Part shown: positions 20,026-30,483 of the stretch, piece by piece | Layout: every line of letters begins with the position of its first letter | How positions within the stretch are numbered: the first letter of the stretch is position 1 | DNA from: an uncultured virus (IMG/VR IMGVR_UViG_3300034072_001506) | Taxonomy: Duplodnaviria; Heunggongvirae; Uroviricota; Caudoviricetes | Virus record (IMG/VR): IMGVR_UViG_3300034072_001506 | DNA: 56,154 nucleotides | Strand: one strand, 5' to 3' | Notes under the pieces: model-generated | Seen by the model: only the letters and a program-made list of their open reading frames with translations | Told to the model about the DNA's origin: nothing | The model's database searches: none | Translations under genes and position numbers: made by a program

Positions 20026-20627
20026 AGTTGTTCTCTCTTTGCCTATATAAATCTTAACAGAAATAGGTGAGTAGTCAACCAGAATTATTCGTCAGCGTGA
20101 TCGCCCCAGTATCGGTCTTCTATGGTCTCATTGGTGAATTTACAATAAAGCCTTCGGGCCTTGACCATCATCTCCCAACCTTCCCAGGTCAGGTCAAGCT
20201 CAAGATAATCACCAAAACTGTCTTTGTCGGTGGTACTGCGCGTTAAGATATGACGCTCGTCGCACTCGATGACCTTCATGTCGTGATTGGGACCACTAAG
20301 ACTTGCTTCCCGCCAAATCTGGCCAACGGCGGGTTCAACTTCCTCGGCATATCGCCATTCCCACAGACGAATAGGAACTCGCCAATATTGCCAAACTATG
20401 CCTACCGCAGTGGCAATGGTCCCAGCAGTAAATAATGGCATCAGTCTAGAATGTCCAATAGCTCGCCGCCAGACCAGATCAATAGACCCAGGACGACTCC
20501 AACGATAGTGGGGAGCCAGTACCAAAAGCTGGCAGTGGCGATGGTAACACTACTCAGACCAATAACAATCAGACTTACTACTAGGCCTAGGACCATACAA
20601 GCCAGACCACTAAGAAATTCAACCATT

Positions 20628-21380
20628 TTAGACCCTTTCAAACATAATATCGGTCCTAATAATTAGCTTACCAGGCGACCTAGGCCCAAGTGGCTGTCCA
20701 TCATGTAACAGTCGGTGATTGAAAAGCAAAGCTGAACCGGCTTTGGGATGATTGGTATAGATGACTTCGTCATCATTACCTGCGCGATTCCAGTCACTAA
20801 AGTCCATCTCATCCATGCGCTTACCAAGCTGCGGATCCTTGAGAAAGCGAGTGGCCCCACCGTTTGAGTTATTGGTGAGATAGATGACTAGACTCATGAG
20901 AGTCCGATGATTGTCGTCCTTGACATATGCGGCATCATAGTGGCCGACTAGCTGACCGCCCTCATCATAGCGGATAAATCGCATAAGCGGATTGATGCCA
21001 ATTGGCTTCCACTTCAGATGGTTGTCGTGATCCGTTGGGGTGTAGGGATCATAGTCCCATACTTCAGCCATAAAGGGCTTTAGACGCCTCCACAGGGTCT
21101 CGGCAAGTCCTTCATTGTAATTACTCAGCCGATAGTTACCTATTGTGTCAAAGGCTTTGTCCGCGATACCATCGAGGCCAACTGCCTGCCAGGTCAGATT
21201 CCGAAACTTTCTGAGGAAGATTTCCCTGATATCCCAAGGAACCAAGTTGTCGATCTTTGAAACTGAATGAACATCATTCAGTTTATCGGTTTGAAACTGT
21301 GTGACCGGAAGGCTCCAATCACTAGCCAGGGTTGTGTTGTCGGCTTCGCTGAATTCAAATGCGTTGACGAAGCCGTTCAC
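20628..21380 (-). CDS. 2OG-Fe(II) oxygenase (prolyl-4-hydroxylase-like)
   Basis: RFIRY..G..L.GHYD (HxD), SLVIYL, GGATRF, LLHDG (distal His), K.IIRTD; GTG start after GGAGG. Confidence 0.85.
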   Translation of the reverse strand: MNGFVNAFEFSEADNTTLASDWSLPVTQFQTDKLNDVHSVSKIDNLVPWDIREIFLRKFRNLTWQAVGLDGIADKAFDTIGNYRLSNYNEGLAETLWRRLKPFMAEVWDYDPYTPTDHDNHLKWKPIGINPLMRFIRYDEGGQLVGHYDAAYVKDDNHRTLMSLVIYLTNNSNGGATRFLKDPQLGKRMDEMDFSDWNRAGNDDEVIYTNHPKAGSALLFNHRLLHDGQPLGPRSPGKLIIRTDIMFERV

Positions 21381-21531
21381 TCGCCCAACCCTCCAATAGG
21401 GGCAACCGAACCACAGAGACGAAGCCATGCTTGATGGTCGCGCTCCTCTTGCTCTTGCTTGGCCTTGAGCCGGTTGGCAGCAAGCCGCTTGTTAGCGTCT
21501 GCTCGCTGCTTGTAATATTCAGCATAATCAC

Positions 21532-22566
21532 TCATTCCGGTCTCCATGCTGGGTTGTTCCATCCAGTTTTAACACCACATGGCATGATGTCAAGGTGAAC
21601 CGCTGGACTCCTGCCCAGATATTTGTGGGCATTGTAGCGGTGCATCCGCTCAAGATTCTCACGGTATTCATCCAACTGTCTGACAGCTGAATCATCCCCG
21701 GTATCCACGAAATGTTCATGAGCCAGCTGCTCCACCATGGTCCGGCAATCGGTATCCCAAAGCATATGGGTGAACAGTTCTACGAAATCGTAGGGAGCAC
21801 CGAATACAACCTCGTCAGTGGTCGCATCAAACATATCGCCAGTCGGGGCACGTTCGAGGATTTCATCAGGAACACCGAGTTCGCGACCCAGCGCATAGAC
21901 CTCGGACTTGAACAGGTCGCTGATCAGCTGAACGTCGACCATACCGTCGCTGGCCTTGCCAAAATAGCCCAGGTAGCCACCCTCCGAGAGGTTGGTAGTG
22001 CCGATGACCAAGCCCGGCCGTCCCTGTGCTGAGAGAACGCTGGTGATGTAATAGTAGGTTGGAGTGCGGGCGTAGCTGACAGCCTGACCTCGGGCCCAAA
22101 TGGGCTTGGGATCCGCGGTGCCGATATTCTCGGGAAGACCAGGGTGACCCAGTTCATGTTCGACCGCATTGATGATCGACTCAACAATTGGTCCCACGTT
22201 GATGCGCAAAGGCTCGACACCAAATGCCTCACAAGCCTGTCGAGCAAGTCGAGTCGCCGTGTCTTGTCCAGTTACGCCTTGGCTCAGGACGGCAGGGAGG
22301 GTGACGGCAACGATATGCCGGATCGGGCTGTTGGGTTGCTGGCTCGCATATTTGACCATACCGAGGACCACAGCACTGTCAATGCCTCCCGACACCGCGA
22401 TGACTGCGCTGGAGAGACCTGCCTGCTCATAGTAGGCATTCAGCAGTTCAGCCTTTGCCTGGAGAACTGTCTGGACGTCGAAGGCTCGTTCCTGTCGGGC
22501 ATATCCAAGAGCCTCAATGAGCTTGGGATGGACCCGCATATCAGTTGCGTGGTTACGAATTTCCAT
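21532..22566 (-). CDS. nadE: NH3-dependent NAD+ synthetase
   Basis: SGGIDSA PP-loop, GTTNLSE, GYFGKASDG, DLFKSEVY, APTGDM, TDE. Confidence 0.9.
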   Translation of the reverse strand: MEIRNHATDMRVHPKLIEALGYARQERAFDVQTVLQAKAELLNAYYEQAGLSSAVIAVSGGIDSAVVLGMVKYASQQPNSPIRHIVAVTLPAVLSQGVTGQDTATRLARQACEAFGVEPLRINVGPIVESIINAVEHELGHPGLPENIGTADPKPIWARGQAVSYARTPTYYYITSVLSAQGRPGLVIGTTNLSEGGYLGYFGKASDGMVDVQLISDLFKSEVYALGRELGVPDEILERAPTGDMFDATTDEVVFGAPYDFVELFTHMLWDTDCRTMVEQLAHEHFVDTGDDSAVRQLDEYRENLERMHRYNAHKYLGRSPAVHLDIMPCGVKTGWNNPAWRPE

Positions 22567-22575
22567 GGTAATGCC

Positions 22576-22779
22576 TCAGAAAGCTGCGGTGCTGTGGGTA
22601 ACCTGTTCGCCGTCCTTTTCACAGAGGACGACCGTGACATCATAAGACTTGCGCGCCTTGAAATGAGCGGCCGCTGCCAACTGTGCCTTATAGCTGGAGG
22701 GTGCGTATACTTCGACCGACTTGCCCTTGAAGAAAGCCTGGTATCCGTTGTCTCCGGGGGTCCGCTGATTGATCGCCAT
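22576..22779 (-). CDS. hypothetical protein
   Basis: AGGAGAT RBS before MAINQR; promoter module 22799-22834. Confidence 0.65.
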   Translation of the reverse strand: MAINQRTPGDNGYQAFFKGKSVEVYAPSSYKAQLAAAAHFKARKSYDVTVVLCEKDGEQVTHSTAAF

Positions 22780-22840
22780 AAAATCTCCTATTGCTTGTAG
22801 GACTGGTTTAACACCAGTCCTGTCCCTGTCAACCAATAGC

Positions 22841-23524
22841 TTAAAAAGCCGCCAGTCGTTCTTCATAAAACTTCAGATTTTCAATAGCAGCATCCAAATG
22901 CCAGTTTTTCAGACTCTTCAGATGGCCCTCATAATTTTCTTGGCGCTTTCCGGACTCGATCTGTTCGATATCCTTTTTGATCACGTCGACCTTCTTTTGC
23001 GCAGCTTTGACCTGCTTTTCAATATATCCCCGGCGGGTCCGCTTGCTTTCAAAAGGAACGCCATCCGGCCAGTTGAGTTCCTTGCGCTGACCCGAACCGT
23101 TGCTCCAGCTGTTAATGGACATATAGAGGATGTCTTCTTCCTCTTTGCCGTTGCTGAGCAGCACAAAGAGCTTGATGGGGTTGAAAAGCGTAACGACCTG
23201 CATGATCTTGTAGGTGCCCTTGCCGTTTTCCTCGAGGCTTTCGATCATTTCCTGGACGATTTTGGTCTGTGCCTTGAGGCGCTTTTCAGTCAGCAAGGTC
23301 GACTGGTCCAGTGCTTTGGTCGCTGTTCCGATGCCACTGTAGCGACCCCGACGCGCCTTGAGGTCGATACGTTCCAGTTCGCCCTTGGGATAGGTCACGT
23401 TGCTTTCCGAAGCACCATAGTGATAACCCTGGCTGAGCTTGGGGTATGCCTCCAGACTGGTTTCCCGAAGGTCATCCAGTTCCAGCGTTCCGATAACTTC
23501 AGTGCTGAAAGTCAGTAGCGACAT
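22841..23524 (-). CDS. hypothetical protein with C-terminal coiled coil
   Basis: AGGAGATCG RBS before MSLLTF; promoter module. Confidence 0.7.
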   Translation of the reverse strand: MSLLTFSTEVIGTLELDDLRETSLEAYPKLSQGYHYGASESNVTYPKGELERIDLKARRGRYSGIGTATKALDQSTLLTEKRLKAQTKIVQEMIESLEENGKGTYKIMQVVTLFNPIKLFVLLSNGKEEEDILYMSINSWSNGSGQRKELNWPDGVPFESKRTRRGYIEKQVKAAQKKVDVIKKDIEQIESGKRQENYEGHLKSLKNWHLDAAIENLKFYEERLAAF

Positions 23525-23620
23525 TTTCGATCTCCTCTGTGCTTGCCTATGTTCTGGTTGTAGCAGAAACTGGTGAGGAGTCAACCAGTTTCTGCCAAAA
23601 TGCTATAGATCAAGCTGGTT

Positions 23621-24388
23621 CTATCGACTCAATTTCAGCAACATCGCGGTGTCCCTGAGACTGTTGGGCATACGCATAATCTTTTTGGTTGAGTTGTTTT
23701 CGAGTGCGATCCGATCCCGCTCGCCAGTTTCCATGCTTTCAATTACTACCCGGCGTTCGTCAGCAAAGCCCTTAACCATACAGACATCCAGACCTGCCCC
23801 ATAGTTCAAAGCGACCACGACTAGATCGCCTATGGTAACTTCCTGATTCAGACGATCAATAAAGGTTAGCGGCCGGACTTTTTCGTTGATTTTGAAAACG
23901 CGGTCACCCTGATAGTTGAATAGGATACTCAGATTCTTTTCCACATCACTACCAAAGAACTCGGGGTAAATGGTGGCTTCTTTGAAAACAATGGGAAGAT
24001 TGCCACTTGAAGCATGAATCCAAGCCGCTTGCTTGGTCCAAGTCCAACCCTTGGGCTGATCATATTTCTTCCTAACGACCAAACCTGGAGCGCCACTTCC
24101 GGCCATACGTATGTCATTTCTGGGTTCAATGGCTATTGAAAAAGCCGGTCCTTGATCGTCACTGTTGTCGTCAAAACCATCAATCACGGCAGGGAAGATA
24201 GATCCTTTGAAAATGCCGGTGTTGATCTTAAACCAGGCGTTGTCCTTGAAGTTTGACAAGAGATTCAAAAGATCATCGCGATCGTTTATCAGTTTGATTT
24301 CTTTGGGCGTGAGATTCGTCGTAGGCACAACATTGGAGCTCACATGCCACCAGTGATCTAGGTCCAACAGACGACGGAACTCAATCAT
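23621..24388 (-). CDS. hypothetical protein, possible C-terminal SH3/KOW-like domain
   Basis: 255 aa; DRLNQEVTIGDLVV motif; ends TAMLLKL. Confidence 0.65.
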   Translation of the reverse strand: MIEFRRLLDLDHWWHVSSNVVPTTNLTPKEIKLINDRDDLLNLLSNFKDNAWFKINTGIFKGSIFPAVIDGFDDNSDDQGPAFSIAIEPRNDIRMAGSGAPGLVVRKKYDQPKGWTWTKQAAWIHASSGNLPIVFKEATIYPEFFGSDVEKNLSILFNYQGDRVFKINEKVRPLTFIDRLNQEVTIGDLVVVALNYGAGLDVCMVKGFADERRVVIESMETGERDRIALENNSTKKIMRMPNSLRDTAMLLKLSR

Positions 24389-24783
24389 ACTGTAAACTCC
24401 ATTTTAGCCTCAGAATATCGTCTTAGCATAACTGAGTCATCTGTCAAACCCAGATAGTTGCGAACTGATTGCTTTCCGTCAAGCGCCTTCTTTAATTTGC
24501 TAGCTGGCAGACAACTAAGAAAACCCTTGCTTTCTTTACAATACAGGGCAAGGATCTGAACCTCTCGATATCTGACAATCCACCATGTCTTGGATTTTGA
24601 TTTGCGTCCCACGAAATAGTTCTTGTGGCCGTTTGATATCTGGGCCCTGAGATCTAACCATTCACTATGTAGCAAGTTTTCCAAGCCATAGCGTTCTCGC
24701 AATCTCTTGCGGAAATGATTGAAGGCTTTTGCCTGTCGGATCATCTGGTCTGTCATACTTTGGTCTAACAGAATATTAGTCAA
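24385..24783 (-). CDS. hypothetical protein
   Basis: HFRKRLRERYG motif; real start probably MTDQ. Confidence 0.6.
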   Translation of the reverse strand: MTNILLDQSMTDQMIRQAKAFNHFRKRLRERYGLENLLHSEWLDLRAQISNGHKNYFVGRKSKSKTWWIVRYREVQILALYCKESKGFLSCLPASKLKKALDGKQSVRNYLGLTDDSVMLRRYSEAKMEFTV

Positions 24784-24847
24784 CTTTCAAGCCAGCTAGA
24801 GCTTCCAAAAAGTGACATCAGAGTTGGCAATCTGTTAGAATAGGTGA

Positions 24848-25387
24848 ATGGAACCTTGGCAATATATCCTCTTTGATCTAGAATGCGACGGGTTTAAACC
24901 CAAGAGGATCTGGTGTATCTGTATGGTGGATTTGATCACCAGACAAAGGGCGAGCTTTTCAGGACCAGAAGGAATCGCAGAGGCAATATTCAGGATCCAA
25001 TCAGCTAAAATGGTAGCCGGGCACAATATCAAAACCTTTGATATCAGAGTGATTGAGAAGGTCACCGAAGGGGCAGTTCAGATTGACCGCGCCAAGGTTC
25101 TCGATACCCTGTATCTCAGTAAGGCTCTGACCACCATGGACAGCCACAAACTAGAGGATTGGGGTGAGATACTTGGCGTACCCAAACTGGATACACCATT
25201 CTCATTCTACAGGTTTGACCCTCGAATGATCCCTTACTGTGAGCGCGATGTTGAGCTCAACCTGCAGGTGTTCTTGGCACTTTGGTCATTGATGGAAAAC
25301 CGACATGGTGAAAAGATTCCACCCAAATGGCAAATGCTGAACGAATATCGGGCAGCTCTTCCTACCATTCCTCTGCTTAAGGAATGA
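24848..25387 (+). CDS. stand-alone DEDDy 3'-5' exonuclease (DNA polymerase A exo-like)
   Basis: FDLECDG ExoI, GHNIKTFD ExoII, DTL, HKLEDWG, YCERDV ExoIII. Confidence 0.85.
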   Translation: MEPWQYILFDLECDGFKPKRIWCICMVDLITRQRASFSGPEGIAEAIFRIQSAKMVAGHNIKTFDIRVIEKVTEGAVQIDRAKVLDTLYLSKALTTMDSHKLEDWGEILGVPKLDTPFSFYRFDPRMIPYCERDVELNLQVFLALWSLMENRHGEKIPPKWQMLNEYRAALPTIPLLKE

Positions 25388-25922
25388 TCTCCACAAAGGC
25401 CCGCTTTTTCTTGGGACCAAGTTCGTGGCGGCCGAGTTCAAGAGGCTTGTCCCAACCGTTCTTGCGAGCTTGACCCACACTGGGGAAGAAACCGAGGTCA
25501 ACCATCAGGTGAGCCATCAGAGTCTTGTTTTGTGCGGCCATCTCCGCAATACTGATCTTCTGAGCTTTTTGCTGGGGGTTACCATCAGCACCAATGTCCC
25601 ACCAACCGAGGTCAGCGCCCCGCTGGATACCTTGGCGATTGCGTTCCTTTACCGCTTCGAACCATTCGGCTTTGGTCCGACCACCCCAAAATTCGAGATC
25701 ATCATCCCGAACGATAGTAAAGGCACGATCAGCAAACAAAAACGTACAACGATTTCCTGCACCCGGATCAGGCACATTGACCCCATGTATTTCCTCGATC
25801 TTGTGGATCTTGGTCTCAATGTGGTGTCCCATCACCCAGATTTCCTCTTCCTCCTCACGAACCGTGTGGATCTGCTGGAAACCAGGGCCTATGAACCGAC
25901 CAGTTGGGAAAATTACTTTCAT
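25377..25922 (-). CDS. hypothetical protein with a possible C-terminal S4-like RNA-binding motif
   Basis: LMVDLGFFPSVGQARK resembles the S4 helix-turn of TyrRS C-termini. Confidence 0.5.
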   Translation of the reverse strand: MKVIFPTGRFIGPGFQQIHTVREEEEEIWVMGHHIETKIHKIEEIHGVNVPDPGAGNRCTFLFADRAFTIVRDDDLEFWGGRTKAEWFEAVKERNRQGIQRGADLGWWDIGADGNPQQKAQKISIAEMAAQNKTLMAHLMVDLGFFPSVGQARKNGWDKPLELGRHELGPKKKRAFVEIIP

Positions 25923-25953
25923 AAAACACCTTTATGTTGATATAGGTGTTTTG

Positions 25954-26247
25954 TCAAGCAAGACATTCAAGCTGGCGAGCAATCAGGATCTTACCAGCCT
26001 GGCGCGAGCGACGCTTGGCTTCGCGACCATTCTTCTTGCCAGGACACTCGCTCCAGGTATCCAGCTTGAAACCGCCCTCGGAATCGATATGAGCAGTCTG
26101 ACACTTGTTGGAACGAATCGCACCGTCATCGCCGCGAAGAACACGAGCAGCAAAACGGCGACCACGATCGCTGCCACCGGTGTCCTGGAGCGCACGAGTG
26201 CTCCAGCGAATATTGCGGGGATCAACCTTGCGGATCGTCTTGCTCAT
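25954..26247 (-). CDS. hypothetical basic protein
   Basis: Coupled to 26251-26469; stop in the promoter -35. Confidence 0.55.
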   Translation of the reverse strand: MSKTIRKVDPRNIRWSTRALQDTGGSDRGRRFAARVLRGDDGAIRSNKCQTAHIDSEGGFKLDTWSECPGKKNGREAKRRSRQAGKILIARQLECLA

Positions 26248-26250
26248 ATC

Positions 26251-26469
26251 TCAGACTCCCTGAAGTTCAGCGCGCTTTGACGCAATATAATCGGAACGGC
26301 TTTCATACCGCCGAATTGCGGCTTCGGCCTTTGCCTTGGAATCATAACCCATCCGATTGTTGGCCGGGCTATTGAAGCCACAGAAGCCGGAACGAATATA
26401 CCAGCGACCGGGAATGCTCTGTTCAACCGCAGTATCTTCGAACTTGTCGGTATGACAATTGTAGAACAT
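26251..26469 (-). CDS. hypothetical protein
   Basis: AGGAGATCG RBS; promoter module. Confidence 0.65.
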   Translation of the reverse strand: MFYNCHTDKFEDTAVEQSIPGRWYIRSGFCGFNSPANNRMGYDSKAKAEAAIRRYESRSDYIASKRAELQGV

Positions 26470-26524
26470 ATTCGATCTCCTGTTTGCTGCCTATAAATCA
26501 GCTCTAGCAGAACAGGTGAGAATG

Positions 26525-27031
26525 TCAACCAGAAAGTCTAACCAACAATTCAGATATTGGTTTCATGTCCTCAGCGGTCAAGTCAGTTTCATCGCCTCTG
26601 GGCTTGAGACAGAATTTGGTTCTAATATGGGTTTGGGTTTCACCGTAGATTTCACGACCTTGCGAAATCTGCATTGCTTGACTTATCAGATTCCTGCGAT
26701 TGAACCCAGAGAGGAAGACATCATAGTCCCCGCTTTTTCTCCAACGGTTCACACAAGTTTCCCAGATAAATCCATAGAGGCCTAACCTCCGCCAACTTGG
26801 GCGTGTATAGGCCCCAATGCTGTAGATTTTTCGCTCTGCAAGAATAGGAGCGTAGAAGAGAACTGACAAAGCTTCCCCTTCCAAGAACAGGGCAGCATAT
26901 TGATAGAGACCACTATCAGGCCAAGACGACGGCATTTGTCTCCGCGACATTTCCCGATTGTACATGGTGAACAACTCTCTGAGTTGATCATCGTCGGATA
27001 TTCGTCCGATCTTAAATGAAACCTCTTTCAT
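26525..27031 (-). CDS. GNAT-family acetyltransferase
   Basis: AYTRPSWRRLGLY acetyl-CoA motif A; NLISQAM motif B. Confidence 0.7.
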   Translation of the reverse strand: MKEVSFKIGRISDDDQLRELFTMYNREMSRRQMPSSWPDSGLYQYAALFLEGEALSVLFYAPILAERKIYSIGAYTRPSWRRLGLYGFIWETCVNRWRKSGDYDVFLSGFNRRNLISQAMQISQGREIYGETQTHIRTKFCLKPRGDETDLTAEDMKPISELLVRLSG

Positions 27032-27454
27032 GCCTACTTTGTAACATTAACTGGTTTGATGTCAAAGTATATTAGTCAACAAAGTCACTGGCTTGGTTGA
27101 TTTTCATCCTTTTCATCTTACCAGTAGATGAAGTTAATCTCATCCACATTGCGTTTCTTCTGCTCAGAAGGATATAAAACAAAACGGTAACTGACTGGTA
27201 ACCAGTTACCTCGTCAGTAATCCGATTATGATAATGTCTAAAGGCTGCCTCTTGGTGAGGATTGATTTTCCAGCAAATGCCTTGGATCATCTCATGGTCC
27301 AAGGAAGATATGTTTCTAGGATAACTGCCTTGACACAAGGCAGTTATGTTTCCCAATATTCCATCTTTATTTTTGGAAAGAAGTCGCCACACTTTCCTGT
27401 TCAGTTTCTGACCAGGATGAAAAAATACACTTTTCTTGAAGATCGGGAAGGCAA

Positions 27455-27823
27455 CTAAATCCACGGATTTAGACCCTTAAGAATCGTTTCCCTATCATTT
27501 ATATTGATAGGTCCAATCCCCAAAGCCGTAATCATCGGCCGAGGAAAAACTGTCAATCCGGCATCCTTTACTAAGAAGACACCGCACTTGTCCTGATAGA
27601 GGCGACTCAGATGATGAAGAATAGCTTCATCAGCTTTAAGACAAACTTTGGCCACCACTCCGGAGTCCAAATAAGCTTTGGCTTGATCAGGAAAACGAGT
27701 CAGAGAGTCCACAAAAGCGTGAACATAGGCATGGCCTATCTGAGCGCCCATTTTGCCCCGATTGCCCTTGCTGGCCGCCACTGCTTCGTTGCTTACGATG
27801 GCATAAAGTTTTATATCAGACAT
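27455..27823 (-). CDS. peptidyl-tRNA hydrolase, Pth2 family
   Basis: GKMGAQIGHA, KVCLK, VKDAGLTVF, TALGIGP. Confidence 0.9.
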   Translation of the reverse strand: MSDIKLYAIVSNEAVAASKGNRGKMGAQIGHAYVHAFVDSLTRFPDQAKAYLDSGVVAKVCLKADEAILHHLSRLYQDKCGVFLVKDAGLTVFPRPMITALGIGPININDRETILKGLNPWI

Positions 27824-29427
27824 TACATCTCTTCAACAGTTTCGATGCCTAGAAGGCCCAGCCCGGTACTCAAATAGGCATGTAGATAATAGATCAACCC
27901 AACTCGGGCTGGATCAGTTGAAATTTGATACTTGCCATAATATGCGGAAAACTTCTGAGCAAGACTATATAGGTAATCAGCAAGAAGATGCGGACTTAGC
28001 TGGTTTTCAACTCGATCTAGAAGATCATTAAACGCTAAAAGGTCCAGGACAATTTGTCGTTCCTCATCATTTGTGATCTTGACAAAACCAACACCAACTT
28101 CCTGCTTTTCCAAGATGCTCTTCATCCGCACCAGCTGATAGAGAAGATACGGGCCGGTCTTTCCCTCATGCGCGAGCGCACGGTCTATGTCGTAGGCGTA
28201 GTCGTTGGTTCGCTTGTTCTGCAGATCGTTGAATTTGATAGCAGCCACCGCAATCTTTCGAGCAATCTCCAGATTGGCATTCTTCTCCAAGGCCTTGTTA
28301 ATAGCTTCATCCAACAAGTCACGAAGCTTGGGAACACCACCTGCGCGAGTCTTGAAGGGCTTACCATCGAAACCTTGAATTGTTCCAAAGCCCGAATGTG
28401 TCAATTTGACCTGATAGCCGAGTTGTTTGGATACTTCAAAGACTTGCTGAAAATGAAGACCTTGGCGCTGATCAACCACATAGATGATCTCGGCGGGTGT
28501 CATAGCTAGTCGCTGTTTGATAGTAGCAAGATCAGTGGCGGCGTAGAGATAAGCCCCTTCACTGTTCTTAAACATCAGCGGGGGTTGATCCTCCCCCAAA
28601 CTGACAATCTTAGCACCATCGCTGATTTGTAGTAGACCAAGGCTAGAAAGCTTGTCTTCCAAGATAGGCAATTCTGCCGCAGTGTCGCTTTCACCCTTAT
28701 AAAGATCAAACTCAACGCCTAGAGTCTTGAGATCCTCCATTACACTATCTTGGGTAGCTTTTAGGACCTTTTGCCACATAGTAATCAGACCAGGCTCTAG
28801 ACTCTGAAGACGCCGGGTTAGATCTTGCGCGTCTTTGCGAAACTCTTCGTTTTCCTTGGCCCATTGCGCAGCCAAGGGATAGATCTTTTGGAGATGCTCG
28901 ATTGAATAGTTGCTACCATCGAGAGCCTGGAAGCCATCGCTCATGAGCGCACAAAGGACAAGACCCATCTGGTATCCCCAGTCTCCCCAATGTATATCAG
29001 TTACTACACTGTATCCCTGGAAGGACAGGATCTCGCGCAGGCTGTGTCCGATCACCAATGAGCGCAGATGTCCAACATGCATCGCTTTCGCAACATTGGG
29101 TCCACCAAAGTCAAGAATTTTAACTTGGTTTTTATAGGTGCGACGGAGTGGCAAACGTAAAGCCACTTCCAAGATGGAATTGTCCACACGAGCGTTGATA
29201 AATCCCGGCCCGGCAATGGATAGTTCAAAGCGTGGATCGTCAAAGGCGTCAATTACTGCCTTGGCCACATCTCGAGGTGCTTTGCCTAACTTTTTGGCAG
29301 CAACCAGCGCACCGTTACACTGGAAATCAGCCAAGTCAGGACGGTCACTTCGCGCCACAATGGCGAGATGTTCAGGGACGCCTGTGGCTTGGAACGCCTT
29401 TGCGAGAGAATCGGATAGAATTTTCAT
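27823..29427 (-). CDS. argS: arginyl-tRNA synthetase
   Basis: ADFQCN, AGPGFIN, GPNVAKAMHVGHLRS (HIGH), GDWG, YAATDLA, YVVDQRQ..HF, KPFKTRAG, GKTGPYLLY, DALR-type C-terminus. Confidence 0.95.
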   Translation of the reverse strand: MKILSDSLAKAFQATGVPEHLAIVARSDRPDLADFQCNGALVAAKKLGKAPRDVAKAVIDAFDDPRFELSIAGPGFINARVDNSILEVALRLPLRRTYKNQVKILDFGGPNVAKAMHVGHLRSLVIGHSLREILSFQGYSVVTDIHWGDWGYQMGLVLCALMSDGFQALDGSNYSIEHLQKIYPLAAQWAKENEEFRKDAQDLTRRLQSLEPGLITMWQKVLKATQDSVMEDLKTLGVEFDLYKGESDTAAELPILEDKLSSLGLLQISDGAKIVSLGEDQPPLMFKNSEGAYLYAATDLATIKQRLAMTPAEIIYVVDQRQGLHFQQVFEVSKQLGYQVKLTHSGFGTIQGFDGKPFKTRAGGVPKLRDLLDEAINKALEKNANLEIARKIAVAAIKFNDLQNKRTNDYAYDIDRALAHEGKTGPYLLYQLVRMKSILEKQEVGVGFVKITNDEERQIVLDLLAFNDLLDRVENQLSPHLLADYLYSLAQKFSAYYGKYQISTDPARVGLIYYLHAYLSTGLGLLGIETVEEM

Positions 29428-29473
29428 ACCTCTTCTTAACTTAGAAGTGGCTGAAGATCAAGCCTTTAGGTAG

Positions 29474-29752
29474 TCACTGACGCTGTAACTTAAGGAACAT
29501 GGCAGACTTTAAGCCATGTTCCTTGGCGTGATAGTAAATCTCTCCCGCCCGATGGAAATTGATCATATGAGCAGGGATTTTCATAAGATCGCTGCTTTCC
29601 AGGAAAGGTTCAATTAGTTCCCGGTTCTTCTCCCATGCTTGTCGCATGTTGAGTCCTCGGAAACGATGCGGCCAAGATAACGTATCTTGCTCGCGAGTGA
29701 TTTTGTAGGTTTTCTTGGTTTGTTCCCGGAGATCGTTCAGAGTGACTGTCAT
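29474..29752 (-). CDS. hypothetical protein
   Basis: Ends SAMFLKL; tiles the array. Confidence 0.55.
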   Translation of the reverse strand: MTVTLNDLREQTKKTYKITREQDTLSWPHRFRGLNMRQAWEKNRELIEPFLESSDLMKIPAHMINFHRAGEIYYHAKEHGLKSAMFLKLQRQ

Positions 29753-29753
29753 T

Positions 29754-30209
29754 TTATTCAGACGCCAGGCCGCCTACGCACCACATCGTCTTGGTGGACT
29801 TAGCCGCCTGAGCCGATTCAATGGCCTTGGCCTTGGCGATAGCCTTGTCCCGACGGGCCAACAAAGCCTTCAAAGTCCTGGGAGGACACGAAGGGGCGCG
29901 GGCCCTCCATATTTCCTTGGAGATGGAATTGATCTTTTCCCGGGCAGCAAGTAACGGTTTGGTCACCCGAATGATTTTGACCTGCGCCCAGTAGGCCTGG
30001 TCCTTGGGCTTATCTCCGAGAAACTCCTCGAAGTCTTCAATGCTATTGAAGACATGGGAAGTTACCCGACCGCTATTCAGCATGCCGATCGCACCGCTGT
30101 AGCTGTGTCCGTCTTCATAACGGCTCTGCTCACAGTCCTTGTCCCAAAGCTTTTGGGCTTGGGCCAGCGTCTTACCAGGATAGTTGCGTCCTACCAAACA
30201 AGCGCCCAT
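29754..30209 (-). CDS. hypothetical protein
   Basis: AGGAGATCG RBS; YEDGHSYSGAI motif. Confidence 0.7.
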   Translation of the reverse strand: MGACLVGRNYPGKTLAQAQKLWDKDCEQSRYEDGHSYSGAIGMLNSGRVTSHVFNSIEDFEEFLGDKPKDQAYWAQVKIIRVTKPLLAAREKINSISKEIWRARAPSCPPRTLKALLARRDKAIAKAKAIESAQAAKSTKTMWCVGGLASE

Positions 30210-30230
30210 CTTCGATCTCCTTGATGCTGT

Positions 30231-30269
30231 CTATTCACCTGTTTTAACAGATTCAGGTGAATAGTCAAC
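30231..30269 (-). promoter_or_regulatory. early promoter module with CTATTCACCTG-N12-CAGGTGAATAG inverted repeat
   Basis: Read directly. Confidence 0.75.
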
Positions 30270-30483
30270 CAAAAATCAAAGCTGACTCACCGCTTCGCAA
30301 CCGTCGCAGTTTCCGTTGGAATAGCAGATGGGATGGACCCCGCAGTCGCCACAAAGACCTCGGGCATTGCGTTCGCGCATGAGCTCTAGCTCAGCTTCCC
30401 TGAGAGCCCGCCTATGAGCCCTCCAGTTGTCCCAACGCTTCAAGAGTGCTGTAAACATAAAACCTCCTCTTTGGGCTTGAAAC

